Source of the DNA: a virus | Taxonomy: Duplodnaviria; Caudoviricetes | Virus record (IMG/VR): IMGVR_UViG_3300037789_000041 | Coordinates: 1 to 34,601 of that record | Direction: 5' to 3' (one strand) | Length of the DNA stretch: 34,601 nt | Shown: positions 8,344-16,132 of the stretch, piece after piece | How the letters are laid out: each line of letters begins with the position of its first letter | Numbering within the stretch: the first letter of the stretch is position 1 | Notes under the pieces: model-generated | What the model saw: the letters and a program-made list of their open reading frames with translations, nothing else | What the model was told of the DNA's origin: nothing | Database searches by the model: none | Program-made: the position numbers and the translations under genes

Positions 8344-8602
8344 CGGAGAACCCCTTTAACATCCCAGTGACGGTTACGAAGTGTGCGGGCATTTCAGCGA
8401 TCTGCTTATCCAGCGGGTGAACTTCGGAGCCGTAGTAGCGCTTAAGAACGCGCTTGAACGCCGTGATATTCCGCTCGGCAGCTTGGACGCTAGGCTCGTT
8501 TTTGTCGTGCTTGTAGGCGTCGACAAGGGACTTCTCAGAGTCAATGGCGATGTGCAATGCATTGAAGACTGCCCGCTTGTCAGTAAGGCGTTCACTCATC
8601 AC
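8330..8602 (-). CDS. Hypothetical protein
   Basis: 90 aa, RBS inside the 23-bp repeat. Confidence 0.55.
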   Translation of the reverse strand: MMSERLTDKRAVFNALHIAIDSEKSLVDAYKHDKNEPSVQAAERNITAFKRVLKRYYGSEVHPLDKQIAEMPAHFVTVTGMLKGFSDERG

Positions 8603-8927
8603 TAGTCACCTTTACGGCGTAATCAGCAGCAGCCTTCCGCTCCAAGCGTTCAATCTCGGCAGCGCATAGCGCGGCAGCACGAATCAAATCGCGGGTGGGG
8701 TTTTTGGGTTTCCACCACTGCGCGTCCCAAGGCCAATCGGGCGGGGGCGGTGCTTTTCTATATTCGCCGATACCAGCGTAAAAATTGCGCCTCGCTGAGT
8801 GAGCGGCATAACAGGCTGCTGCAACCGCCATTTCACCACAACGATGTTGATCATCATGTTCAGGGGTCCACCCCTCGTCGTCGATCTGACGCCTGCGCTC
8901 GTCAACAATCATATTCGTCGCACTCAT
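8592..8927 (-). CDS. Conserved phage protein (ERRRQ..EGWTPEHDDQH..WPW family)
   Basis: Recognisable motif; ATG 8927 overlaps the stop of the HNH gene. Confidence 0.7.
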   Translation of the reverse strand: MSATNMIVDERRRQIDDEGWTPEHDDQHRCGEMAVAAACYAAHSARRNFYAGIGEYRKAPPPPDWPWDAQWWKPKNPTRDLIRAAALCAAEIERLERKAAADYAVKVTSDE

Positions 8928-9340
8928 GCCTTTTCCTTCCTCTCTGCTTTCATCTTTTCCGCCCAAGCCTTCTTCGCCTGGTATGCTGCTTGCCGCTGTT
9001 CCCTCGTGGGCTGCGGTATAGGCTTGCTTTTGCGGCTCCGCTTGGGTTCGCCCATCCGCTCCCGCTCCAGCCGCGCAGCCTTTGCAATCGCGTGCTTGTC
9101 GCTGCCGTAGGTAGTGGCCTTCGGACCTTTGCCGTTCGTCTTCACGTCGGCGCAGGACTTGTGGGCGTAACGCATGTTCTCTAGGTCATCAGATCCACCA
9201 AGGGCCAGCGCGTGCATGTGTTCCCGGATCACTTTATCTGTAGGCAGAAGGCGCTTGCCGCAGAGAGGGCAGATAACGACGCCCTGCGCAAAGCAAATCT
9301 GGCGGGCCATTGCTGGCGTCTCTGTGCGGCGAGTGGTCAT
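8924..9340 (-). CDS. HNH endonuclease
   Basis: CPLC...EHMHALALGGSDDLENMRYAHKSC. Confidence 0.75.
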   Translation of the reverse strand: MTTRRTETPAMARQICFAQGVVICPLCGKRLLPTDKVIREHMHALALGGSDDLENMRYAHKSCADVKTNGKGPKATTYGSDKHAIAKAARLERERMGEPKRSRKSKPIPQPTREQRQAAYQAKKAWAEKMKAERKEKA

Positions 9341-9489
9341 CAGACTGACAGCTCGTCGTCCTCGATTTCGCCAAGCACCCAGCGCAGGGCTTCTTCAAGG
9401 CCACCCTCGTAAGTCATGCCGGGGAACTTAGTCGGTGCCTGGCTGTCGATGCGGTCAAGCATTTCTTCGATTTCGTCCTTCGACTTCAT
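9340..9489 (-). CDS. Small phage protein, 49 aa (not in ORF track)
   Basis: MKSKDEIEEMLDRIDSQAPTKFPGMTYEGGLEEALRWVLGEIEDDELSV; GGAGAG RBS; TGATG coupling. Confidence 0.65.
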   Translation of the reverse strand: MKSKDEIEEMLDRIDSQAPTKFPGMTYEGGLEEALRWVLGEIEDDELSV

Positions 9490-9508
9490 TGGTTTCTCTC
9501 CTTCTCAA

Positions 9509-9952
9509 TTAGACGGCGTACTGCCGTCCTTCCAAAATATCTTCTACCTGCTGTTCAAGCTCCGGCTTGTTGATGCCGGGGATGACCTTTGCGCAGATCA
9601 GTTCAACGGCTGCGGTGTAGAACTCATCAAATTGAAGCTGATCCATCTTGGAGAAGCTGATAGACTTGGCTTCCACCGACACGCTCCCATCCAAAAGAAC
9701 GAAGGTGTCACAGTGCCCGAGTGCTATTGCGATGGCTTTACGGAACCCATCACGCGTCGCGTAGCCGGACTGGTGCGGAAACACTGCATCAAGCAGGGCA
9801 AAATACTTCCGCGTGTGCTTCTCGTTGCGGGGGAGGGTGATCTTTGCCTTGACGGTCCGCCCTTGAGGCAAGGCCGCAAGCGCTTCCTCATCCCACCGGC
9901 TGACCGGGTAGAGGGCACCCATTTTCCGCCTCAGATATATCTCGGTTGCCAT
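9509..9952 (-). CDS. DUF1367-family protein
   Basis: PRNEKHTRKYFALL...KSISFSKMDQLQFDEFY; start at ATG 9952 after GAGG. Confidence 0.7.
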   Translation of the reverse strand: MATEIYLRRKMGALYPVSRWDEEALAALPQGRTVKAKITLPRNEKHTRKYFALLDAVFPHQSGYATRDGFRKAIAIALGHCDTFVLLDGSVSVEAKSISFSKMDQLQFDEFYTAAVELICAKVIPGINKPELEQQVEDILEGRQYAV

Positions 9953-9959
9953 GTCGGCC

Positions 9960-10397
9960 TCAAAATGGAATGTCGTCGCCGAAGTCATCAGCGCCACCGC
10001 CGGGACCAGACGCAGCAGGCTCCTGTCGCGGAGTGTCCCCGCCCGACTTCCCGTCCAGCATCACAAGCGTTGCGTTGAACCCTTGCAGCACAACCTCGGT
10101 GGAGTACTTGTCAGCGCCGGACTGGTCCTGCCACTTCCGGGTCTGCAACTGACCCTCCAGATAGACCTTTGAGCCTTTGCGCAGATATTGCTCGGCGATC
10201 TTTGCCAGCCCTTCGGAGAAGATCACTACGCGGTGAAACTCAGTCTTTTCCCGGCGCTCGCCAGTGGACTTGTCGCGCCAGCTTTCAGAGGTAGCGACGC
10301 GCAAATTAGCGATGGCTTTCCCATCCTGTGTGTGGCGGACTTCGGGGTCTGCGCAGAGGTTGCCGACAAGGATGACCTTGTTTACTGATCCAGACAT
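9960..10397 (-). CDS. ssb: Single-stranded DNA-binding protein
   Basis: [33 protein letters not shown], acidic DDIPF tail. Confidence 0.95.
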   Translation of the reverse strand: MSGSVNKVILVGNLCADPEVRHTQDGKAIANLRVATSESWRDKSTGERREKTEFHRVVIFSEGLAKIAEQYLRKGSKVYLEGQLQTRKWQDQSGADKYSTEVVLQGFNATLVMLDGKSGGDTPRQEPAASGPGGGADDFGDDIPF

Positions 10398-10406
10398 GTT
10401 TGCTCC

Positions 10407-11102
10407 TTATGCTGCCACTGCTTTGAGGGCGTCTCGCCTGCGTTCCATGGCGGCCCACAGTTCGCGCTTCATATCGGCGGGTAGCGTCTTGAGCACCCCG
10501 CGCTGTGTTTCGACGAAGGCGTCGATTTCTTCTTCTGCATGGACATTGCTTTCCAGCATCGACAGCAAAAGCCGATAGAGGTTGCGGTGCGTTCGGTCAC
10601 CCCATTGCTGCCTGTCAGCAGCCTGATGCAAAGCGTCTTCTAGGGCCGGGCGGCATTCCTTCTTGATCCGTCCGTACTCGTCCAGATCGACCCAAGGCGA
10701 GGCAATGTCATACAGGTAGCGGCCAATGCCCCACCGTGTGCAGGCGCGCTTGAAGGCGTCGGAGAACTGCCCCTTGTCGCCTTCCATGTTAGTCTTGCCT
10801 GCGCCGTCGGCTTTCCACACCCACTCACCGTCAACGCGGATGCCGACTTCGCAGCAGGTTGCCCCGTTGCCCGCATCCACGTAGCGGTCTTGCCAGTTCT
10901 CAGGCCCGACAACCTGGTCTAGCCGGTCGGCGTAGTCGCGGGCGTCCAGATAGGCGAGAGCGGTTCCCTGCGTTGGGCGCGCATTGCTGTTCTTCGTTTC
11001 ACGCTGCACCTTCTTTGCGTTGGTGTTGCCGACACGCCAATGCACAAGCTGCGGCGGGAACGGTTCGCAAAGCTGATCGAAAATGGTAATCTCAATGTCC
11101 AT
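10407..11102 (-). CDS. Rad52/Rad22-family (Sak) single-strand annealing recombinase
   Basis: LAYLDAR..RLDQVVGPENWQ..KGQFSDAFKRACTRWGIGRYLY; adjacent to ssb; GGAGG RBS before ATG 11102. Confidence 0.85.
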   Translation of the reverse strand: MDIEITIFDQLCEPFPPQLVHWRVGNTNAKKVQRETKNSNARPTQGTALAYLDARDYADRLDQVVGPENWQDRYVDAGNGATCCEVGIRVDGEWVWKADGAGKTNMEGDKGQFSDAFKRACTRWGIGRYLYDIASPWVDLDEYGRIKKECRPALEDALHQAADRQQWGDRTHRNLYRLLLSMLESNVHAEEEIDAFVETQRGVLKTLPADMKRELWAAMERRRDALKAVAA

Positions 11103-11319
11103 GGTGTTCCTCCGCCATACGCGCCGCGCGGACACAGGCGTTGATTGATCCGACGGCATCCCAAGCCCTCTCAGACAATGCCGCCTCATGTGAAAGGCCA
11201 CCGAAACTGGCGAAGGCATTACGGATTGCCAGAAGCTCCCGGTTGATCGCGTGCAGCCGTTCTTTCGCCTCCGATGGTGTCATCTTCGCTTCCGGCTTCT
11301 CTGTAAGGGGGGTGTTCAT
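11092..11319 (-). CDS. Hypothetical protein
   Basis: 75 aa, ATGA coupling, GGAGG RBS. Confidence 0.55.
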   Translation of the reverse strand: MNTPLTEKPEAKMTPSEAKERLHAINRELLAIRNAFASFGGLSHEAALSERAWDAVGSINACVRAARMAEEHHGH

Positions 11320-11525
11320 GAGGGGGTGTCCTCCTCCAGGTCCTTCATCACCTGGGCAATGAGTTCGGCGAACTGCTCAATGAGATAGGCGTAAGACGCC
11401 TCAGCGCCATAAGGGGCACACTCCCATTCGGTCGAGTCGTGGCATCCAGAACTTGCCCGTTCGATCTGAGCCAATAGGGCGTCAACAAGCGGATGCCCGG
11501 TTGGCTTAAGGTTTACTCCACTCAT
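11316..11525 (-). CDS. Hypothetical protein
   Basis: 69 aa, AAGGAG RBS. Confidence 0.55.
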   Translation of the reverse strand: MSGVNLKPTGHPLVDALLAQIERASSGCHDSTEWECAPYGAEASYAYLIEQFAELIAQVMKDLEEDTPS

Positions 11526-11552
11526 TCCCCATCTCCTTCCATTCTCTCCCCC

Positions 11553-12221
11553 TCATCTGACAATCTCCGGCATTTCCCGGTACTCGCGGCCATCAATCAT
11601 GGCACCGGCTGCCTTCTTGCCGACGCGGACGAGATGCGCGCTCATGGGAGCGGGGTGGAATGGTTCGCCCTCAACGGGATGGAAGGTGTCGCCGTTGGCG
11701 TGCATCCAGAGGCCGGCCTCGATTGGGTCTCCGGGCCGGGCTGCTGCCCAATCACCCCACTGCTTGCCAAAGAAGGGCACGCTCGCGGCGGCGCATTGGT
11801 CGCGCAGGCCGCGATACCAGGCCGGGTGCATGGGCCGGGAGCCGGGGCCGCTTTCGCCGCCAGCGATCACCCAGCCGATAGCCGGGCCGGTGCCGACCGG
11901 GCAGCCGCAGTGCGTGCATGCCTTGTCGATCGCAACAGTCCGCTGGCCGCACCTGCAGCACGTACCTCGCAACCATGGGAGTATGTCCATCGACCCCAGC
12001 AACGGCTCTGCGGAAATGAACCACAGCGCTGCCGGTGTATCCAGCAGGAGCGGGATGCGTTCATCGGCCCGCTTCTGATCCTCGACGCTGACGCCAAGCC
12101 AGACGTTGGGCAGGGGCCACGGGGTGCTTCCGTGATCTAGGATGTCGGTGAGGACGTCGCGGAAAGCCAGCGCTACTGCCGTTGCCCCAACCTTCCGGAC
12201 TTCCTCCCCTCTCTTAGTCAT
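11553..12221 (-). CDS. N-terminally truncated DUF5131 (phage Gp37/Gp68) protein
   Basis: PLPNVWLGVSVEDQ, FISAEPLLG, WVIAGGESG, VPFFGKQWG present; N-terminal Cys-motif half absent. Confidence 0.75.
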   Translation of the reverse strand: MTKRGEEVRKVGATAVALAFRDVLTDILDHGSTPWPLPNVWLGVSVEDQKRADERIPLLLDTPAALWFISAEPLLGSMDILPWLRGTCCRCGQRTVAIDKACTHCGCPVGTGPAIGWVIAGGESGPGSRPMHPAWYRGLRDQCAAASVPFFGKQWGDWAAARPGDPIEAGLWMHANGDTFHPVEGEPFHPAPMSAHLVRVGKKAAGAMIDGREYREMPEIVR

Positions 12222-12417
12222 GGGGGTGGTCCTTGGGGGTGATGGCTTCTCGAATACGGGTAAAACCTTCAATCAACTCGTCCAGTTCATCGGCGGTCAT
12301 CGGGCCGCTGCGCGAAATGCCTGTGCGGCGATCAAGGATCATTATCTTGGCCCAAGGGTCTTTAGTGTCGGGGTCAAGACACACCTCGCCGCCAATGGCG
12401 TAATTATTCCACTCCAT
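12214..12417 (-). CDS. Hypothetical protein
   Basis: 67 aa MEWNNYAIGG..., GAGGAG RBS. Confidence 0.55.
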   Translation of the reverse strand: MEWNNYAIGGEVCLDPDTKDPWAKIMILDRRTGISRSGPMTADELDELIEGFTRIREAITPKDHPHD

Positions 12418-12418
12418 C

Positions 12419-12613
12419 TCACTTCTCCTCATATTCAGTAAGGCGCTGCATCTCAGCCAGGTCCGAAAGGCGGTCAGCCCCCCAGTCGCGGTCGTCAATC
12501 TCAACCCATCGGCGGCGCTTCCATGACTGCACAGCGTCGTAAAATCCACGCCATGCGATGTAGGCCAAACCAGCGATACTCAGCAGGCAAAGGGTCCCAA
12601 GTACGGGGTCCAT
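12419..12613 (-). CDS. Small membrane-anchored protein
   Basis: 64 aa, N-terminal TM helix, GGAGAG RBS. Confidence 0.55.
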   Translation of the reverse strand: MDPVLGTLCLLSIAGLAYIAWRGFYDAVQSWKRRRWVEIDDRDWGADRLSDLAEMQRLTEYEEK

Positions 12614-12624
12614 TTCATCTCTCC

Positions 12625-12684
12625 CTAGAAAGCCCATATCCAAAGCAGGATTAGAACGGCAATCACAATCGCGGTGTGCGGCAT
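12625..12684 (-). CDS. 19-aa hydrophobic peptide MPHTAIVIAVLILLWIWAF
   Basis: GGAGG RBS; fills the gap between 12686..13090 and the RBS of the next gene. Confidence 0.5.
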   Translation of the reverse strand: MPHTAIVIAVLILLWIWAF

Positions 12685-12685
12685 C

Positions 12686-13090
12686 TCAGTTCCCTCCCTT
12701 CTGGGCGGCGTTGTAGGCTGCCTGTGCAATGCGTGCCGCATCAAGGCGCTTTTCGGCTGTCACGACCTCGAATTTCGGCGTGTCGATCTTGTCCTGGTAC
12801 TTATCGGCCTCCAGGTTGCGCTTCACCGCCGCTTTCTGTGCAAGGCCGATTGCGTCACTTGCCATGTCTTCGAGAGACAGATCCATGGTGGCTTGCAGGT
12901 CGTCCAGCACCTCCGGGTCCAGTTCGTCATAGGCGGCGCGAATGTCGTTAAACGCAAGGCGGTGGGTAATCATGAGTGTGGCCTTGAGCGCCCTCGCCAG
13001 ACTGTCACCTGCCTCCGCAGTTCCACGGGCGCAGTCGCTTTCGTACTTGTCCTCGCGGGTGGGGCGGTAAAATGTGTTGGGCGTGTCCAT
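12686..13090 (-). CDS. Hypothetical protein
   Basis: 134 aa, AAGGA RBS. Confidence 0.55.
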   Translation of the reverse strand: MDTPNTFYRPTREDKYESDCARGTAEAGDSLARALKATLMITHRLAFNDIRAAYDELDPEVLDDLQATMDLSLEDMASDAIGLAQKAAVKRNLEADKYQDKIDTPKFEVVTAEKRLDAARIAQAAYNAAQKGGN

Positions 13091-13114
13091 CGCCTGAATC
13101 CTTCTTAAATGTGG

Positions 13115-13657
13115 TTACGCTGCTTGCTTGAGGTGTTCTGGGAGCTGGGGTAGCGGAAACCGAAACGGCTCTTTGGCTGACAGCCACGCTACAAGGCGCT
13201 GTACCTGCCATTCTTCTTCGGCTGCCTTAGCGGCGGCACTAGCGGCGTCCCAAGCAGCGGCACTAGCAGCGGCCCTAGCAGCGCCCCAAGCGGTACCCCA
13301 AGCGGCGTCGCAAGCGGCGTCGCAAGCGGCGTCGGCAATCTCCCCGTTGGCAAAAGCGCGCACCGCTATAATGGCGCTCCGTGGTGCCGGTGTGGCCGTC
13401 CTGTCACGTTCGTAAATGTGCAACACCTTCGCCGCGCAATCGGCCATCCACATGCGCAAGCGGCGCTCGATGTCTTTGTCAGTCTGGGCCACTTCGGCGG
13501 CGACCCAAACCAAATCATCCAGCGTAGCGCCGCGCTTCACTGCCTGCCGGGCCGTCATGCCGCGCCCCTTGAACAGCGGAGCAATAACGTCCAGCCGTTC
13601 GGCGCAAGGGCGCAGGCTTTTAAGCTGTGTGAGCGTGAGTGTCGGTGCCGTTGCCAT
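13115..13657 (-). CDS. Imm5-like / Ala-Trp-repeat phage protein, first gene of the leftward operon
   Basis: WMADCAAKVLHIYE..PRSAIIAVRAFANGEI then AAWDAA-type repeats; AAGGAG RBS. Confidence 0.6.
   Translation of the reverse strand: MATAPTLTLTQLKSLRPCAERLDVIAPLFKGRGMTARQAVKRGATLDDLVWVAAEVAQTDKDIERRLRMWMADCAAKVLHIYERDRTATPAPRSAIIAVRAFANGEIADAACDAACDAAWGTAWGAARAAASAAAWDAASAAAKAAEEEWQVQRLVAWLSAKEPFRFPLPQLPEHLKQAA
13230..13335. repeat. 12-nt-period coding tandem repeat (GCGGCGTCGCAA-like)
   Basis: Degenerate units encoding AACD/AAWG/AASA on the minus strand. Confidence 0.7.
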
Positions 13658-13680
13658 TCGCCTGACTCCTTATAAAGGGG

Positions 13681-13753
13681 TCAGCCGGAGCGCTTGGCGA
13701 TCTCAATGGGGATGCTGTCTGGTCGCCATCAGGGGGAAGTGCGCTCCGGCTGA
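13681..13753 (-). promoter_or_regulatory. Long leader hairpin at the 5' end of the leftward transcript
   Basis: Perfect 13-bp inverted repeat TCAGCCGGAGCGC/GCGCTCCGGCTGA plus inner TGGCGA/TCGCCA stem. Confidence 0.65.
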
Positions 13754-13761
13754 TGACAAGT

Positions 13762-13790
13762 AATATACTCTTAGGTTATATCCATAGCAA
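13762..13790 (-). promoter_or_regulatory. Leftward early promoter (PL-like)
   Basis: Minus strand TTGCTA-17 nt-TATATT. Confidence 0.65.
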
Positions 13791-13813
13791 GCAGAAAATA
13801 TGCACTCGGGTTA
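13762..13813. promoter_or_regulatory. Two operator-like 17-mers
   Basis: AATATACTCTTAGGTTA (13762-13778) and AATATGCACTCGGGTTA (13797-13813), 13/17 identical. Confidence 0.45.
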
Positions 13814-13851
13814 TTTTTTTTCTCCCGTGCCCAATCGGCATGCTTTTTCTG

Positions 13852-13881
13852 TTGACACGGCATTACTGTAACGCATATCTA
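13852..13881 (+). promoter_or_regulatory. Rightward early promoter (PR-like)
   Basis: Perfect TTGACA then GCATATCTA -10 region just before the Cro-like gene. Confidence 0.6.
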
Positions 13882-13882
13882 T

Positions 13883-14131
13883 ATGCACATGGAGAATGAA
13901 TTGACCCCCCCTAGATATATCCGCGAGCATGTGTTTGGCATGACACAGCTTGCCTTTGCCCAGATGGTCGGCGTGACCCAGCCCATGGTGAGCCGGTACG
14001 AAAAGCGCGGGTCGTTCCCCGCTGATGTGCAGCGCACAGTTCTGGACCAGGCTAGGTTGCTCAACAAACGGTTTGACCCGGCATGGTTCTTTGACGTGCC
14101 AACCGATGCCGAGACAGGGGAGAATGCCTGA
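13883..14131 (+). CDS. Cro-like XRE HTH regulator
   Basis: MTQLAFAQMVGVTQPMVSRYEK; first rightward gene. Confidence 0.8.
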   Translation: MHMENELTPPRYIREHVFGMTQLAFAQMVGVTQPMVSRYEKRGSFPADVQRTVLDQARLLNKRFDPAWFFDVPTDAETGENA

Positions 14132-14174
14132 TGTGCTGTGCCCCGGACCATGACAACCACTTTGACAAATTCCG

Positions 14175-14345
14175 TTCACGCGGCCCCTCCTGCCTTGCAC
14201 CGCGTGAAGCCCCAGGCGGCCTTCCAACATCGCCTGCCGGGGGCAGCAATTTCAATTCGTGCGTTGAGGTTTCCTGTTTCCTCCGCACGAAGCCCGCGTT
14301 GTCTGGTTCAGGTCCTTTTCCAGACGGCGCGGGCACCTATTCAAT
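14175..14345 (+). ncRNA. Tandem pair of two-hairpin RNA modules downstream of cro
   Basis: Four hairpins in two units with compensatory changes and shared GAAGCCC junction and TTCAAT tail. Confidence 0.6.
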
Positions 14346-14369
14346 CAGCAGGCAGAAGGAGGGGCGGTG

Positions 14370-14528
14370 ATGCGTTTCGCGCTCAAGGTAGTGGAGCACA
14401 CTCTCTTGATGTTCATCGCTGTCGCGAGCTTTTTCGCCCTGTTCGGCGCTGCGATGGTTGCTGGGCTGTACATCTGGGGTGAACCGCACGGCATTCTCAA
14501 GGGCGTGCTGGCTGCGGAGGCCAGGTAA
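14370..14528 (+). CDS. Small membrane protein, 52 aa (not in ORF track)
   Basis: MRFALKVVEHTLLMFIAVASFFALFGAAMVAGLYIWG...; AAGGAGG RBS; TAATG coupling. Confidence 0.6.
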   Translation: MRFALKVVEHTLLMFIAVASFFALFGAAMVAGLYIWGEPHGILKGVLAAEAR

Positions 14529-14725
14529 TGGACTCTGTACTAGAAGTGCTCGGCATTTTTCTGCGGCTGTTTATTGCGCTTGGCGTTGCCCTTGGCGCAT
14601 ATGCCGCCGCTGCAATATCTGCGTCACTCTTCGGCCTTTCTCTTAACGACCCCGTTCACATCGTGGCGGCGTTCTTGGCTGGGCTCATTTACGCACGGCT
14701 TTTGGTTTGGGCTTGGCACGGCTAA
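14528..14725 (+). CDS. Small membrane protein
   Basis: 65 aa, two hydrophobic helices, GGAGG RBS. Confidence 0.55.
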   Translation: MDSVLEVLGIFLRLFIALGVALGAYAAAAISASLFGLSLNDPVHIVAAFLAGLIYARLLVWAWHG

Positions 14726-14727
14726 CC

Positions 14728-15042
14728 ATGGGCAAACCATCAAGAGACAAAGGCGCGCGCTTTGAGCGAGAGATTGTCCGCATTGCGGCAGCCCATGAAT
14801 TGCATGCCCTCCGCGTGCCCCTTTCTGGTGCTGCTAAGGGCTTCAAGGATGACGTGATTGTTGAAGACGCCATTGGGGAGAAGTGGAACCTGGAGGCCAA
14901 GAAACGCGCCAACGGTTTCAAGCAGATTTACGAGTGGAAGGGCGACGCCAACGGCCTTGTCATCGCCGCTGACCGGCAGCCTCCGCTGATCGTTCTTGAC
15001 CTTGATGATTTTTTTGACGTGTTGAAAAGGCTGGGAGGGTAA
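14728..15042 (+). CDS. Hjc-like Holliday junction resolvase (PD-(D/E)xK)
   Basis: SRDKGARFERE..RVPLSGA..DDV..LEAKKR. Confidence 0.75.
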   Translation: MGKPSRDKGARFEREIVRIAAAHELHALRVPLSGAAKGFKDDVIVEDAIGEKWNLEAKKRANGFKQIYEWKGDANGLVIAADRQPPLIVLDLDDFFDVLKRLGG

Positions 15043-15046
15043 GCGC

Positions 15047-15361
15047 ATGACTGAGCAGCCTTGGTACTACGACGCGTACGTAGGACAGAAAGTGGTGTGT
15101 GTGGATGCCTGTGGCTTTCCTCTCGGTTGGGCGGAATCGCCGCCGAAGGAAGGGAAAATTTACACCGTTCGACAGGTCGTCAGGCGCACAAGCGTCGGAC
15201 TGCTGCTTTGTGAGATTGTCAACGAGCCGCGCCTATACGCGGACGGCTTTTTGGAGGCTGCGTTTTGTGCCCGCCGCTTCCGCCCCGCAGTACAGCCCCG
15301 CAAAGAGCTTCCAGAGTCCATAACCAAATACCTTAATGTGCCGGGGAGGGTGGACGCGTGA
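15047..15361 (+). CDS. Phage hypothetical protein
   Basis: VGQKVVCVDA..EGKIYTVR..RRFRP motif; GGAGG RBS. Confidence 0.6.
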   Translation: MTEQPWYYDAYVGQKVVCVDACGFPLGWAESPPKEGKIYTVRQVVRRTSVGLLLCEIVNEPRLYADGFLEAAFCARRFRPAVQPRKELPESITKYLNVPGRVDA

Positions 15362-15543
15362 GCGACATTATCCAATTACCCAACTCCAATAACATCACAC
15401 AGCCCAAGCCTGTGGACGTACTGGAACACGTCATTAGCACATTGGAAGCGCTGCAATCTGATTCAAACTATGTCTGTGCAGCAATCGACTTGTTGAGGGC
15501 TGAATTGCGCACGCGTGGGGCGGCGGAGATCTTTGATGTTTGA
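15358..15543 (+). CDS. Hypothetical protein
   Basis: 61 aa, GTGA coupling, GGAGG RBS. Confidence 0.5.
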   Translation: MSDIIQLPNSNNITQPKPVDVLEHVISTLEALQSDSNYVCAAIDLLRAELRTRGAAEIFDV

Positions 15544-16132
15544 GGCGCTTGTAGCATTCGAGCGCTCGGGCCGTGTTCGTCAGGCATTGCGCGACATTGG
15601 CATTGACGCCTGGTCGTGTGATCTTGTGCCAGCCGATGACGACAGCCCGCATCACATTGTCGGCGATGCTTTGACCGTGATGAATCGCAGCGGGAGACTG
15701 CTTATAGCACACCCGCCGTGCACCCGCCTAACCCTTGCCGGTGTGCGCTGGCTGCATGAGCGCGAACTCTGGTCAGATCTGGACGACGCCTGCGCAATGT
15801 TCCGCGCTTGCCTTGAAGCTCCCTTCACTCACATTGCCGTGGAAAATCCGACACCCCACAAGCACGCTGTAGAACGGATCGGGCGCACCTATGACGCAGT
15901 AAGCCAGCCATGGGAACACGGTCACGGAGAAACCAAGCGCACCTGCTGGTGGCTCAAGGGCCTGCCCCCGTTGCTCCCGTCAAATGTTGTCGAGGGCAGG
16001 GAAGGGCGCGTGTGGAAGATGCCTCCGGGGCCTGATCGTGCGCGGCTTCGGTCTGAGACCTTGCCAGGTGTGGCGGCTGCTATAGCAGACCAGTGGGGAC
16101 CATTTGCACGTGTTCAGGAGGCGGCCAAATGA
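15536..16132 (+). CDS. Phage-type C5 DNA cytosine methyltransferase
   Basis: ALVAFERSGRVR..DAWSCDL, IAHPPCT (catalytic PC), AVENP, RSETLPGVAAAIADQWG. Confidence 0.75.
   Translation: MFEALVAFERSGRVRQALRDIGIDAWSCDLVPADDDSPHHIVGDALTVMNRSGRLLIAHPPCTRLTLAGVRWLHERELWSDLDDACAMFRACLEAPFTHIAVENPTPHKHAVERIGRTYDAVSQPWEHGHGETKRTCWWLKGLPPLLPSNVVEGREGRVWKMPPGPDRARLRSETLPGVAAAIADQWGPFARVQEAAK

Larger units (their letters stand above)
7620..8613. repeat. 23-bp direct repeat TTCACTCATCACTAGTCACCTTT at 7620-7642 and 8591-8613
   Basis: Exact copies covering RBS and first codons (MMSE) of two minus-strand genes. Confidence 0.85.

Noticed and set aside
13230-13335. Tandem repeat as CRISPR or DGR element
   Set aside because: 12-nt coding periodicity with no spacers; no cas or reverse transcriptase gene in the genome
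13760-13885. CtrA boxes in the switch region
   Set aside because: No TTAA-N7-TTAA match seen; only partial TAACC half-sites
14131-14370. 79-aa ORF as a cII-like gene
   Set aside because: No recognisable motif or HTH; the covarying hairpins explain the region better, though translation from the TGATG overlap is not excluded
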